Shown here: piece after piece, positions 1-12,486 of the stretch
How positions within the stretch are numbered: position 1 is the first letter of the stretch
Layout of the letters: every line of letters starts with the position of its first letter
Source: Eledone cirrhosa
Lineage: Eukaryota
DNA length: 64,000 nucleotides
Direction of reading: 5' to 3'
Assembly: GCA_964016885.1 (NCBI GenBank)
Contig: OZ024743.1
Location: 122,636,001 to 122,700,000 of the forward strand
The notes under the pieces: model-generated
What the model saw: only the letters and a program-made list of their open reading frames with translations
What the model was told of the DNA's origin: nothing
Database searches by the model: none
Position numbers and translations under genes: made by a program

Positions 1-1272
1 AAGGGGAGCTCTTTCTTTTTTTTCCTGAGGGTTTTCCACTCTTCATCCTCGTCACAATCTGTGGCATCGAGGAGGGATATATCTTCCATAGGCGTTGGTG
101 TTGCAGTTAAGGGTGGAGTTGGGGGCCTTGTTGTTGCCGTTGTTGGTGGTGATGCTGATAATTTTGCTACAACTGAGGCGCTGCATGAAATCCGCCACGA
201 GAAGGAGAGAGGGCCTCGTCCTTGCCTTTGTTTGTTGTGGGCAGAAAGCTTTTAAGTGTTTTTTCTCCACACGGATGTGGCACTTTGGCCTTCTACCCTC
301 GACGGTCACATTGAGGTGGGAACCATCGTCGACGTTTATGATATCAGGGATGGCCTCTATATTTTCCTGGACCGTTTGGATCAGTATCTCCATTCCTGAT
401 TTAGACCAGTTTTCCGTCTTCAGTCAGAGTATCGCCAAAATTGTACTTTCCTCGGTGTCGGCGAGGACAGCCGCCATCAGCCAAGGTATGGCTATTACAG
501 GTAGAACATGGGTCACTCGGATTTTGACCAGTTTTTGGTCACAATAGTTTGGCACCAAAGTGAGCTCGTCGCTCTTCAGTGGTGTCATGGAATATGCCCT
601 GGCTTCCTATGGGAAAGAGAACGTCCACAGTTACATATTTTTTTCCACGGACTATGTTGTGTTTTTTGTGTCTCCAAACAGCATCGAAAGCCTTCTGTAT
701 TTGGGAGTCGGACACCCGCGCTACCTGGAGAGTTTTTACACAAATTGTACGGTATGACACCGTACAAAGAAATCGGTTTTCCGTGACGTCAGATGTAAGC
801 TGACTTTGTAGCCATTCTTTTTCACTATCAGCCTGGCCTCCTTTATCTCGACATCGCTTACCGAGATCGTTTCATCTTTGTTGGCAGCTCTGACGAAGGA
901 GACCTTTGGTTTTAGGGTTTTAGTTTATTTTGAAGCCGCATCATCGCTGCTGCTGCAGTTGCTGTTCTTGTTGCTTCTGTTGTTGTCGCTGTTGCTGCTG
1001 CTGTTGCCATCGCCGCTGCTAATGTTGTTGGTGGAGCTGTTACTGGTGCTGATGGTGTCGCTGTTGCTATTGTTGTCCGTGTTATTATTGTGTTTGTTGC
1101 TGTTATTTTTATTTACTTCTGTTATATTTTTCGTTCCTACTGTTGTTGCTGTGATGGTGGTGATGGTGGTGGTGGTGGTGGTGGTGTTTGCAATACAGTT
1201 GTTATTCATTTCTTTTTTTTTTATAGTTACTTTTCTGTTGCGGCGGTGGTAAAGAGGGAAAACTATTTTCAT
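1..1272 (-). mobile_element. Decayed Tx1/L1-like LINE, ORF1 (gag-like, zinc knuckle) region, truncated by window start
   Basis: ORF 52..393(-) ends ...NVTVEGRRPKCHIRVEKKHLKAFCP, a degenerate CCHC knuckle. It aligns with the minus-strand remnant at ~16.05-16.23 kb (WSKIDLEILLQ...YLCGSTGHLRAFC) and at ~59.5 kb. The N-terminal part is low-complexity Asn/Thr/Ser. Confidence 0.7.
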
Positions 1273-1363
1273 ACTTATTCCGTACTAAGCGATACGTCCT
1301 GAATATCTGAGGGTGCAGGTAGCGGCCTGATATTCATTTGAACAAACCTTCCAGATAAATAAC

Positions 1364-1544
1364 TGTTTCTACTGTAGGCACAAGGCCAGCAAATTACCCA
1401 GTGCATTACTGGTACTTTATTTTATCGACCCCGTAAGGATGAAAGGCAAAGTCAACCTCGGCGGGATTTGAACTCAGATCGTAAAGGGACGTAACTATGG
1501 TGGAAAGCATGGCGTCCGACTCTCTACCGATACTGCCAATCCAA
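1364..1544 (-). mobile_element. tRNA-derived SINE (family A) with 16-bp TSD
   Basis: Minus strand has an A box (TGGCAGTATCGG) and B box (GAGTTCAAATCCC). TSD CTTCCAGATAAATAAC at 1348-1363 and 1545-1560. Many other copies in the window. Confidence 0.9.
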
Positions 1545-1720
1545 CTTCCAGATAAATAACATTAATGACTGAGACTCCAAGAATAATAACAACATTAATA
1601 ATAAAAATATAAATGTTCTCCGAAATCGATTCCTTAATGTATGACTGTGTTCAAAGGTAAACCAAAGTAAAAGGGTTTAATTTGCAGAATGTAAAAATAT
1701 TCTCTAAACAAAAATGATTT

Positions 1721-1724
<4 letters not shown>

Positions 1725-1772
<48 letters not shown>

Positions 1773-1817
1773 GTGCCCCAGCATGGCCTCAGCTGGATGG
1801 CTGAAACAGGTAAAAGA

Positions 1818-1850
<33 letters not shown>
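1725..1850. repeat. (TA)n microsatellite interrupted by a short SINE 3' fragment (1770-1818)
   Basis: Directly visible. It forms the left flank of the 310-bp array. Confidence 0.9.
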
Positions 1851-1853
<3 letters not shown>

Positions 1854-1988
1854 TGGAATAAATGCTCTGAAATAGCGATATATATGTGAATATAGACATA
1901 GAATATTCGAAAATATTCTGTATGTTTATAATAAACATTTTGAAGACCTAATCGCTATAGAATAGAATACGTCACGTATTACAATTAG

Positions 1989-2077
1989 ATTCTCGATAAA
2001 AGCAAGGGAAGTAATCTACGCGTTTCATTCTCGTTAGAAATCATCAGGACTACATATCCAGTGCTTTTATCGAGAAT
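1989..2077 (-). ncRNA. Type I hammerhead ribozyme, left-arm copy (also 2299-2387, 2609-2697)
   Basis: Exact reverse complement of the motif at 2967-3055. Confidence 0.85.
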
Positions 2078-2966
2078 GACACAGCTAGAGACTTATAGAA
2101 TACTTAGCTGTGTACAGGAACTGGTTTGAAAGAGCGGTTGCCGGTCCGGCAGAAATTAGAAATTGGAATAAATGCTCTGAAATAGCGATATATATGTGAA
2201 TATAGACATAGAATATTCGAAAATATTCTGTATGTTTATAATAAACATTTTGAAGACCTAATCGCTATAGAATAGAATACGTCACGTATTACAATTAGAT
2301 TCTCGATAAAAGCAAGGGAAGTAATCTACGCGTTTCATTCTCGTTAGAAATCATCAGGACTACATATCCAGTGCTTTTATCGAGAATGACACAGCTAGAG
2401 ACTTATAGAATACTTAGCTGTGTACAGGAACTGGTTTGAAAGAGCGGTTGCCGGTCCGGCAGAAATTAGAAATTGGAATAAATGCTCTGAAATAGCGATA
2501 TATATGTGAATATAGACATAGAATATTCGAAAATATTCTGTATGTTTATAATAAACATTTTGAAGACCTAATCGCTATAGAATAGAATACGTCACGTATT
2601 ACAATTAGATTCTCGATAAAAGCAAGGGAAGTAATCTACGCGTTTCATTCTCGTTAGAAATCATCAGGACTACATATCCAGTGCTTTTATCGAGAATGAC
2701 ACAGCTAGAGACTTATAGAATACTTAGCTGTGTACAGGAACTGGTTTGAAAGAGCGGTTGCCGGTCCGGCAGAAATTAGAAATTGGAATAAATGCTCTGA
2801 AATAGCGATATATATGTGAATATAGACATAGAATATTCGAAAATATTCTGTATGTTTATAATAAACATTTTGAAGACCTAATCGCTATAGAATAGAATAC
2901 GTCACGTATTACAATTAGATTCTCGATAAAAGCAAGGGAAGTAATCTATAAGTCTCTAGCTGTGTC

Positions 2967-3055
2967 ATTCTCGATAAAAGCACTGGATATGTAGTCCTGA
3001 TGATTTCTAACGAGAATGAAACGCGTAGATTACTTCCCTTGCTTTTATCGAGAAT
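2967..3055 (+). ncRNA. Type I hammerhead ribozyme, first of 15 plus-strand copies (every 310 bp to 7307-7395)
   Basis: Stem I GUAGUC/GAUUAC; core CUGAUGA (2997-3003); stem II UUCU-AACG-AGAA with a U.U base; GAAA (3018-3021); palindromic minimal stem III ACGCGU; GUA cleavage triplet (3025-3027). Outer 16-bp helix AUUCUCGAUAAAAGCA/UGCUUUUAUCGAGAAU. Confidence 0.88.
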
Positions 3056-6000
3056 CTAATTGTAATACGTGACGTATTCTATTCTATAGCGATTAGGTCT
3101 TCAAAATGTTTATTATAAACATACAGAATATTTTCGAATATTCTATGTCTATATTCACATATATATCGCTATTTCAGAGCATTTATTCCAATTTCTAATT
3201 TCTGCCGGACCGGCAACCGCTCTTTCAAACCAGTTCCTGTACACAGCTAAGTATTCTATAAGTCTCTAGCTGTGTCATTCTCGATAAAAGCACTGGATAT
3301 GTAGTCCTGATGATTTCTAACGAGAATGAAACGCGTAGATTACTTCCCTTGCTTTTATCGAGAATCTAATTGTAATACGTGACGTATTCTATTCTATAGC
3401 GATTAGGTCTTCAAAATGTTTATTATAAACATACAGAATATTTTCGAATATTCTATGTCTATATTCACATATATATCGCTATTTCAGAGCATTTATTCCA
3501 ATTTCTAATTTCTGCCGGACCGGCAACCGCTCTTTCAAACCAGTTCCTGTACACAGCTAAGTATTCTATAAGTCTCTAGCTGTGTCATTCTCGATAAAAG
3601 CACTGGATATGTAGTCCTGATGATTTCTAACGAGAATGAAACGCGTAGATTACTTCCCTTGCTTTTATCGAGAATCTAATTGTAATACGTGACGTATTCT
3701 ATTCTATAGCGATTAGGTCTTCAAAATGTTTATTATAAACATACAGAATATTTTCGAATATTCTATGTCTATATTCACATATATATCGCTATTTCAGAGC
3801 ATTTATTCCAATTTCTAATTTCTGCCGGACCGGCAACCGCTCTTTCAAACCAGTTCCTGTACACAGCTAAGTATTCTATAAGTCTCTAGCTGTGTCATTC
3901 TCGATAAAAGCACTGGATATGTAGTCCTGATGATTTCTAACGAGAATGAAACGCGTAGATTACTTCCCTTGCTTTTATCGAGAATCTAATTGTAATACGT
4001 GACGTATTCTATTCTATAGCGATTAGGTCTTCAAAATGTTTATTATAAACATACAGAATATTTTCGAATATTCTATGTCTATATTCACATATATATCGCT
4101 ATTTCAGAGCATTTATTCCAATTTCTAATTTCTGCCGGACCGGCAACCGCTCTTTCAAACCAGTTCCTGTACACAGCTAAGTATTCTATAAGTCTCTAGC
4201 TGTGTCATTCTCGATAAAAGCACTGGATATGTAGTCCTGATGATTTCTAACGAGAATGAAACGCGTAGATTACTTCCCTTGCTTTTATCGAGAATCTAAT
4301 TGTAATACGTGACGTATTCTATTCTATAGCGATTAGGTCTTCAAAATGTTTATTATAAACATACAGAATATTTTCGAATATTCTATGTCTATATTCACAT
4401 ATATATCGCTATTTCAGAGCATTTATTCCAATTTCTAATTTCTGCCGGACCGGCAACCGCTCTTTCAAACCAGTTCCTGTACACAGCTAAGTATTCTATA
4501 AGTCTCTAGCTGTGTCATTCTCGATAAAAGCACTGGATATGTAGTCCTGATGATTTCTAACGAGAATGAAACGCGTAGATTACTTCCCTTGCTTTTATCG
4601 AGAATCTAATTGTAATACGTGACGTATTCTATTCTATAGCGATTAGGTCTTCAAAATGTTTATTATAAACATACAGAATATTTTCGAATATTCTATGTCT
4701 ATATTCACATATATATCGCTATTTCAGAGCATTTATTCCAATTTCTAATTTCTGCCGGACCGGCAACCGCTCTTTCAAACCAGTTCCTGTACACAGCTAA
4801 GTATTCTATAAGTCTCTAGCTGTGTCATTCTCGATAAAAGCACTGGATATGTAGTCCTGATGATTTCTAACGAGAATGAAACGCGTAGATTACTTCCCTT
4901 GCTTTTATCGAGAATCTAATTGTAATACGTGACGTATTCTATTCTATAGCGATTAGGTCTTCAAAATGTTTATTATAAACATACAGAATATTTTCGAATA
5001 TTCTATGTCTATATTCACATATATATCGCTATTTCAGAGCATTTATTCCAATTTCTAATTTCTGCCGGACCGGCAACCGCTCTTTCAAACCAGTTCCTGT
5101 ACACAGCTAAGTATTCTATAAGTCTCTAGCTGTGTCATTCTCGATAAAAGCACTGGATATGTAGTCCTGATGATTTCTAACGAGAATGAAACGCGTAGAT
5201 TACTTCCCTTGCTTTTATCGAGAATCTAATTGTAATACGTGACGTATTCTATTCTATAGCGATTAGGTCTTCAAAATGTTTATTATAAACATACAGAATA
5301 TTTTCGAATATTCTATGTCTATATTCACATATATATCGCTATTTCAGAGCATTTATTCCAATTTCTAATTTCTGCCGGACCGGCAACCGCTCTTTCAAAC
5401 CAGTTCCTGTACACAGCTAAGTATTCTATAAGTCTCTAGCTGTGTCATTCTCGATAAAAGCACTGGATATGTAGTCCTGATGATTTCTAACGAGAATGAA
5501 ACGCGTAGATTACTTCCCTTGCTTTTATCGAGAATCTAATTGTAATACGTGACGTATTCTATTCTATAGCGATTAGGTCTTCAAAATGTTTATTATAAAC
5601 ATACAGAATATTTTCGAATATTCTATGTCTATATTCACATATATATCGCTATTTCAGAGCATTTATTCCAATTTCTAATTTCTGCCGGACCGGCAACCGC
5701 TCTTTCAAACCAGTTCCTGTACACAGCTAAGTATTCTATAAGTCTCTAGCTGTGTCATTCTCGATAAAAGCACTGGATATGTAGTCCTGATGATTTCTAA
5801 CGAGAATGAAACGCGTAGATTACTTCCCTTGCTTTTATCGAGAATCTAATTGTAATACGTGACGTATTCTATTCTATAGCGATTAGGTCTTCAAAATGTT
5901 TATTATAAACATACAGAATATTTTCGAATATTCTATGTCTATATTCACATATATATCGCTATTTCAGAGCATTTATTCCAATTTCTAATTTCTGCCGGAC

Positions 6001-7491
6001 CGGCAACCGCTCTTTCAAACCAGTTCCTGTACACAGCTAAGTATTCTATAAGTCTCTAGCTGTGTCATTCTCGATAAAAGCACTGGATATGTAGTCCTGA
6101 TGATTTCTAACGAGAATGAAACGCGTAGATTACTTCCCTTGCTTTTATCGAGAATCTAATTGTAATACGTGACGTATTCTATTCTATAGCGATTAGGTCT
6201 TCAAAATGTTTATTATAAACATACAGAATATTTTCGAATATTCTATGTCTATATTCACATATATATCGCTATTTCAGAGCATTTATTCCAATTTCTAATT
6301 TCTGCCGGACCGGCAACCGCTCTTTCAAACCAGTTCCTGTACACAGCTAAGTATTCTATAAGTCTCTAGCTGTGTCATTCTCGATAAAAGCACTGGATAT
6401 GTAGTCCTGATGATTTCTAACGAGAATGAAACGCGTAGATTACTTCCCTTGCTTTTATCGAGAATCTAATTGTAATACGTGACGTATTCTATTCTATAGC
6501 GATTAGGTCTTCAAAATGTTTATTATAAACATACAGAATATTTTCGAATATTCTATGTCTATATTCACATATATATCGCTATTTCAGAGCATTTATTCCA
6601 ATTTCTAATTTCTGCCGGACCGGCAACCGCTCTTTCAAACCAGTTCCTGTACACAGCTAAGTATTCTATAAGTCTCTAGCTGTGTCATTCTCGATAAAAG
6701 CACTGGATATGTAGTCCTGATGATTTCTAACGAGAATGAAACGCGTAGATTACTTCCCTTGCTTTTATCGAGAATCTAATTGTAATACGTGACGTATTCT
6801 ATTCTATAGCGATTAGGTCTTCAAAATGTTTATTATAAACATACAGAATATTTTCGAATATTCTATGTCTATATTCACATATATATCGCTATTTCAGAGC
6901 ATTTATTCCAATTTCTAATTTCTGCCGGACCGGCAACCGCTCTTTCAAACCAGTTCCTGTACACAGCTAAGTATTCTATAAGTCTCTAGCTGTGTCATTC
7001 TCGATAAAAGCACTGGATATGTAGTCCTGATGATTTCTAACGAGAATGAAACGCGTAGATTACTTCCCTTGCTTTTATCGAGAATCTAATTGTAATACGT
7101 GACGTATTCTATTCTATAGCGATTAGGTCTTCAAAATGTTTATTATAAACATACAGAATATTTTCGAATATTCTATGTCTATATTCACATATATATCGCT
7201 ATTTCAGAGCATTTATTCCAATTTCTAATTTCTGCCGGACCGGCAACCGCTCTTTCAAACCAGTTCCTGTACACAGCTAAGTATTCTATAAGTCTCTAGC
7301 TGTGTCATTCTCGATAAAAGCACTGGATATGTAGTCCTGATGATTTCTAACGAGAATGAAACGCGTAGATTACTTCCCTTGCTTTTATCGAGAATCTAAT
7401 TGTAATACGTGACGTATTCTATTCTATAGCGATTAGGTCTTCAAAATGTTTATTATAAACATACAGAATATTTTCGAATATTCTATGTCTA

Positions 7492-7495
<4 letters not shown>

Positions 7496-7536
<41 letters not shown>
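7496..7536. repeat. (TA)n microsatellite
   Basis: Directly visible. It separates two ribozyme-bearing elements. Confidence 0.95.
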
Positions 7537-7538
<2 letters not shown>

Positions 7539-7897
7539 CAATATATTAACAAATGGAAACTATATTTATAAAACCATATTTATTTCATTATACATATTTC
7601 AAGGACACCAAAGCAAATTATGGTGCGCTTTCATCAGATAAAATATAATATAGATCAGTTTTATAAACAAATATTGACATACCCTTAAAGAATGCAACCA
7701 TGTCGGTTGGAAGCTGCCGGATAGTGGGGTTACTAATTTTATTATTGGTCTATTATGCAAATTAGTGCCGGAAAGGTTTAAATCCCATACATTTGTTAAT
7801 ATATTGTGTTTTTACTCCAAAAATTTGTTGAGTGCTCTATATCAGTTATAAAAATATTTGCTTGTTGTATCCCAACAAATTAAATATAACTTCTACA
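7537..7897 (-). mobile_element. Short non-coding hammerhead-bearing element (Penelope pLTR/retrozyme-like) between (TA)n tracts
   Basis: Contains the hammerhead at 7582-7644 and an 18-bp inverted repeat (7538-7555/7790-7807). (TA)n on both sides. Confidence 0.7.
7582..7644 (-). ncRNA. Type I hammerhead ribozyme
   Basis: Minus strand reads AUUUUAU-CUGAUGA-AAGCGCACCA-loop-UGGUGUCCUU-GAAA-UAUGUA-UA^AUGAAAU. Stems I, II and III can all form. Confidence 0.82.
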
Positions 7898-7903
7898 TAT
7901 ATA

Positions 7904-7990
<87 letters not shown>
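7898..7990. repeat. (TA)n microsatellite
   Basis: Directly visible. Confidence 0.95.
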
Positions 7991-8274
7991 GCAACTATAT
8001 AAAGAAGTGTCTAATGGCTGAGTAAAAAAACCCATTGTTAAATAATATATACTTTATAAAGAAATGAATAAATAAATATCAAATAGTTAAAATATACATA
8101 TGCATGAGATATTTAATATAGGAGAAGATAAAAAATAATCCAGAATTAATTATAAAAGTTGCACCATTAAAAAATACAGAGAATAAAGTAGAGTATTATT
8201 AAATATAAAAATATAAAGGAAAATATGGTTAACTTACATAGAGGGACTTATAAAGGAAGGCCATTTTCACAACC

Positions 8275-8311
8275 TTCTTCTTCTTCTTCTTCTTCTTCTT
8301 CTTCTTCTTCT
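8275..8311. repeat. (CTT)n microsatellite
   Basis: Directly visible. Confidence 0.95.
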
Positions 8312-9049
8312 ATTCGTGTTGTTGAGTCTCTGTCGACGAGGTTCTCATCGGCGGATTAAGTTCATGGTTTACTAATGTGTTTTTAAAACATTTTTGTATG
8401 AACATTGGATAAGAAGATGGTTGGTTTCCCTATATCTGTAGTCCTTAGGCGCTACATTTTTGTATTTCTTTTCACAAACACGCACCTTATTATAAAAATA
8501 GACATCACCGTTGACAACATTTTCACTGCTGAATTGAAGAACGGGCTCCACTGCCACTCGGGCCCAACGAATAGCTTTCGTTTCTTCGTGTCTTACTTCT
8601 TACAATGCAAACTTTCACATTGAATAAATGGTCTCGTCCCATTTTCACAACTAGCATGTTGTTTGTAATGACAAGCCTAATCACCATTTCTAGTTTAGCT
8701 ACTAATTCCCCCTCTGCTCTATGTTTTTATTGCTTCTTCTTTACTAATCGCTGTCTTGAGAGCGCCCCACCACTTGTTGACGATTGATCCTGTAAACTGA
8801 TGTTTAACTAATATGCTAAACCAGTCCCTATAAGATTTATGCTATGGGAACCATGTGTTAAGTGTATGCGTGTTGAAGGTATCATAGTATCTTGAGGCTA
8901 AATGAACCCGGATCATAGAGAACCGGTTGGTCAGTTCTTGTTTCCAGCCCTTCAACCAATATTTGTGTTTTAAATACAATATACGCTCCATTCTTAAGTT
9001 AACAAAATATGGGGTTGCGGAATAATAGTTAAGAAGTTATCTTCATCAT

Positions 9050-11740
9050 GGAATACATCCCCGATGGTTATCAGCCAAAAGCACCACTGCCACTACCACC
9101 AGTCCCAGTTTAAATGCAAGAGAAAGCCGCCTATATTATATTTGCAAACAAAAATAATAATATTGCCACTGTGTCGGTAACAAACTGTGGGAACAGTGAT
9201 GGCAACTCTATTAACACTACTAACTAATTACAAAGGACCGTTTAACCAACTTTGTATCCGTTGTATCCACTTCAGCACGGTCAACTAACACAACCATAGA
9301 ATTATAATAATTTAAAAAAGGTTTTAAGAATTCAAAGTAACTGGTGAAAAGGGGGATGAACAATGTTCTTGACTGTGTTGAAGCAGGTTCTTTGGGGGAC
9401 GTAAAGTAGCATGGTCATTTGCAGGTGCATTGGAGCAAAATCCAACACCTAAAATTCAATATCATCAATAGCAGAAGCAGCAACAGAAACAGGAGAAAAC
9501 AGGAGCAACAACAGCAGCAGAAACGGCAGTAACACCATCAATACCAAAACGACCAACACATTCAGCAACAGGTATAACATTTCCAACATCAGTAAGAGAA
9601 CCCCCCCCCCCCGCAACTAAAAAACAATCTCACAATATATACCTCTTCCCGCTTCAGACCTCTCTGATTTGTCATATAAAGAGGGCGATACAAAAGAGGA
9701 ATGGCCTATTCGTTGAGGGGAGCTATCGTCAACAACAAACGGTGGTTCGCCCTGAAAATGTCAAATATGCAGAATCAATAAAATTTAGTAAGGTTGTAGC
9801 AATCAGAGAAACTAGATTAGATAGTCATGTAGTTAAAACTTTAGAAGAGGCATTTAGGAAGAGGCATCCCGTCCAACGTGCTTATGGCAAGTTGGGCCTC
9901 CAACACGTTTTAAACGCGAAGCACACATTCAGCGTTGTAAAAGTTAAGGCGCATGTTCTAAGACACAAAAGAAAGAAAGCCATTCGATGGGCCCGAGTGT
10001 CAGAAGTACGACAGGGAAACAAAACCACAATTCAACCTTTGAAGAGCTATGATGTGTTCGTGCTCTTCGATACCAAGTAGATATGTGTGACTTTTCAGCG
10101 ACATTTCGCTCGAATGTTCAGGGTGATTGGTGCACCGCATTGCAGAGTGGACTTCAATGCCGACTTCAATGACTTCAAACAACTCTTGGCAAGAATGCTG
10201 AGTGTTGCGAAAATCCAATAACAACGAGGGAGGTGATTGGTGGCTGCACGAGGGGTAATTTATCAGATTTGGATGGCTTGTCATACGAGTTTTACACTTA
10301 ACTGCCAGACATATGCGGTGAGCTTTTGGAAGATGTTTACCCCACTGATAGCAGAACGAGAAACTTCCCAGTTCTGTGAGCTGCGTAGTGGTAGCACTAC
10401 TTTGAAACCAATCAATCAAGAGGAACCACATTGGTAATATTTAGTTTGTATCGATGATTTGAGGATTTAGACTAGGTTTTTAGCAAATTGATTGGTGGTT
10501 ATTGTCAGAAATCCTATTGGTGATGCGCTGATCTATCTAATATAACCTCCACATCATGAGAGGGTAGATATGGAACATCATATAAAGGGTAGATATTGAA
10601 CCTGGCACGAGTGGGGCTCTGATAAACTTAGGTCCACTGAAAGCATTCGATAAGGTTGACCATCAATATTTGGTAACTATTTTCACAGTAGCCGGTTTCA
10701 GACTCACATTCCGGTGGTAGATGTTCAGCGGCAGCTAATCGAGCAAGATTAACTAGAAAAATGGATGGCCTGAAGTTCGGCATTTGGAGAGCTAAATTAA
10801 TACCGTGTCTTGGGACGCTTGACGGATGGACGAGCTGAATTGTTTGGGGACTAGTTTGGTACAAAACTCGTGGTGGACAAGAACTGGGATGAAGTTAAAA
10901 GCAGGGTGGCCAGTCCTATCCAGGAATGAACTGAGAGGAAGCTATCCTTAAAGTTCCGGACAGATGTGACAAACGCCTTTAACGCTTCTGACATCTATTA
11001 CCATCTGATTATTGTGGATTGGCCCTGTACACGCCAGAATGGTCTGGAGCGTCTGCTCTTTCGTTTTTGTGGAAGTGATGCGTTCCACTGGTCAACATCT
11101 ACGTTAAGAACTGTCGCTGCACGGGAGAATGGGCATGTCGTGATTGATGATGCATAGACATGCGCTGAGGCTGAATCATCTTTGCTGGTGAAATGCTGTG
11201 GTCACTATTTTCTCTGACACACTTTCCCCAGCTCGTCTGACAGGACTGCAGTTTTGGGTCAAACAAAGACAGAGTGAAGGCATTTGTAATGTATCAACAA
11301 CGCACAGCCTTTTCCCAGTTGGGTAATGCGGTCAGTGGTAGTTCTACTTCGAAGTTCTATCGAGTATGGGTGGCGGGTAAAACCGGTGAGCGGCTCGGGA
11401 CAACGGCGACGAAATTCAATTTGTTGGTGGTTTGTTCCAGAAGATTTCGATCGAAGTCACATGGAAAATGTCCACCAATCGCTGACCTTCAAGTACTACC
11501 GGAGGGCGTTGCTGGTTCGAGATAGACTCTACAGACAGGAAAGAGTCAAAGATGCGGAGTAATGTTGAACAGCTGTAGGGTGGATCCGACTATCAACTGA
11601 GTCCAGTATGAAGAACGCTCCACTGCTTTTCATTGTCCATTGAAGGGCAGGCAGTTTCTATCTCTCCGATGTTCATGGCGAAAGAGGTTGCGTGGTGGTT
11701 GAGATGAAAAGGGTTGAAGAGGGACATATTTCTATTTCGC
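9050..11740 (+). mobile_element. Highly decayed Tx1/L1-like LINE (low-complexity ORF1 remnants and ORF2 fragments)
   Basis: 9742..10080 (…KTLEEAFR…GNKTTIQPL) matches the post-endonuclease linker of the copies at 14.4 and 57.6-57.8 kb. ~10850-11030 reads FG..LVVDKNWDEV…RKLSLKFRTDVTNAFNASDIYYHL, typical of the post-RT region of L1/Tx1 ORF2. Many stops; boundaries approximate. Confidence 0.65.
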
Positions 11741-12406
11741 CAAACTCTCATGAACTATTTCACGCTATTCCAGTAAGCAAAACTGAGTTGTACCTGTAAT
11801 TCAAAGAGCAGGTGTTCACATATTGTGTCATGCTGAAGGCATCTATGTCTGTAGAATATTCTGCCAATAGTATGTTAATTGTATGAGCAGACATAGATTT
11901 AAAACAAAACTGAAACAGTTGACAACCGAATCGAAGGAGGTCAAATAACAACATATATAAAAGTAACTACGAGCCTGTGTGTGTTGGTATGTGTCACCGA
12001 GATGGAAACTAGGTATGGCATTTATGTTTAACGAAAACACCAAACCACTCTTTCTATCGTATAGTGCACGACTGCAATATCAATTACACCAAAGAAACCA
12101 TGTTTTCTAACTTTCAAATTTCTCCGTAAGCGAATGAATGTTATTTACATTTTCTAGCCTAACAGTTAAGTCACATGAAAGACGATTGAAGGTGTCTAGG
12201 AACGCTTTGATGTAATTGTTATCACAGTTGTTCGGATGTGATAGTTGCATATTTCGATTCTCGCAAGAATCTTTTTTTTACCGTTTACAATGATTAATTT
12301 TCTCCACTTATTCACATATTGTTGAAAGCTCATCTGCATGAGACGGTCTTTCAAAAGCAAGCATATTATTTAATTTTCAAATTTGTCCAATGCCTCGTAA
12401 ACAAGT

Positions 12407-12407
<1 letters not shown>

Positions 12408-12484
<77 letters not shown>
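12408..12484. repeat. (TA)n microsatellite
   Basis: Directly visible. Confidence 0.95.

Positions 12485-12486
<2 letters not shown>

Larger units (their letters stand above)
1851..7495. repeat. 310-bp tandem array with internal inversion; hammerhead-bearing retrozyme-like element
   Basis: Unit starts at 1851, 2161, 2471, 2781 (~3.5 units). Orientation flips at 2945-2948, then AGTCTCTAGC recurs at 2951+310k up to 7291 (~14.7 units). Units look identical. (TA)n on both sides. Confidence 0.97.

Noticed and set aside
878-1302. Hydrophobic or Asn/Thr-rich ORFs (also 15556-17167 and 60006-60404)
   Set aside because: They are translations of trinucleotide low-complexity tracts in LINE ORF1 regions or simple repeats.
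1851-7495. CRISPR array or rDNA/5S repeat
   Set aside because: Units are identical with no variable spacers, there are no cas genes, and I see no rRNA similarity.
8312-8360. CCGAUGA…CGAA on the minus strand as a hammerhead
   Set aside because: No GAAA and no stem I or III partner.
9742-10080. VVAIRETRL as an AP-endonuclease 'QET' motif
   Set aside because: The segment aligns with the linker downstream of the endonuclease in the paralogs at 14.4 and 57.8 kb, so the resemblance is coincidental.
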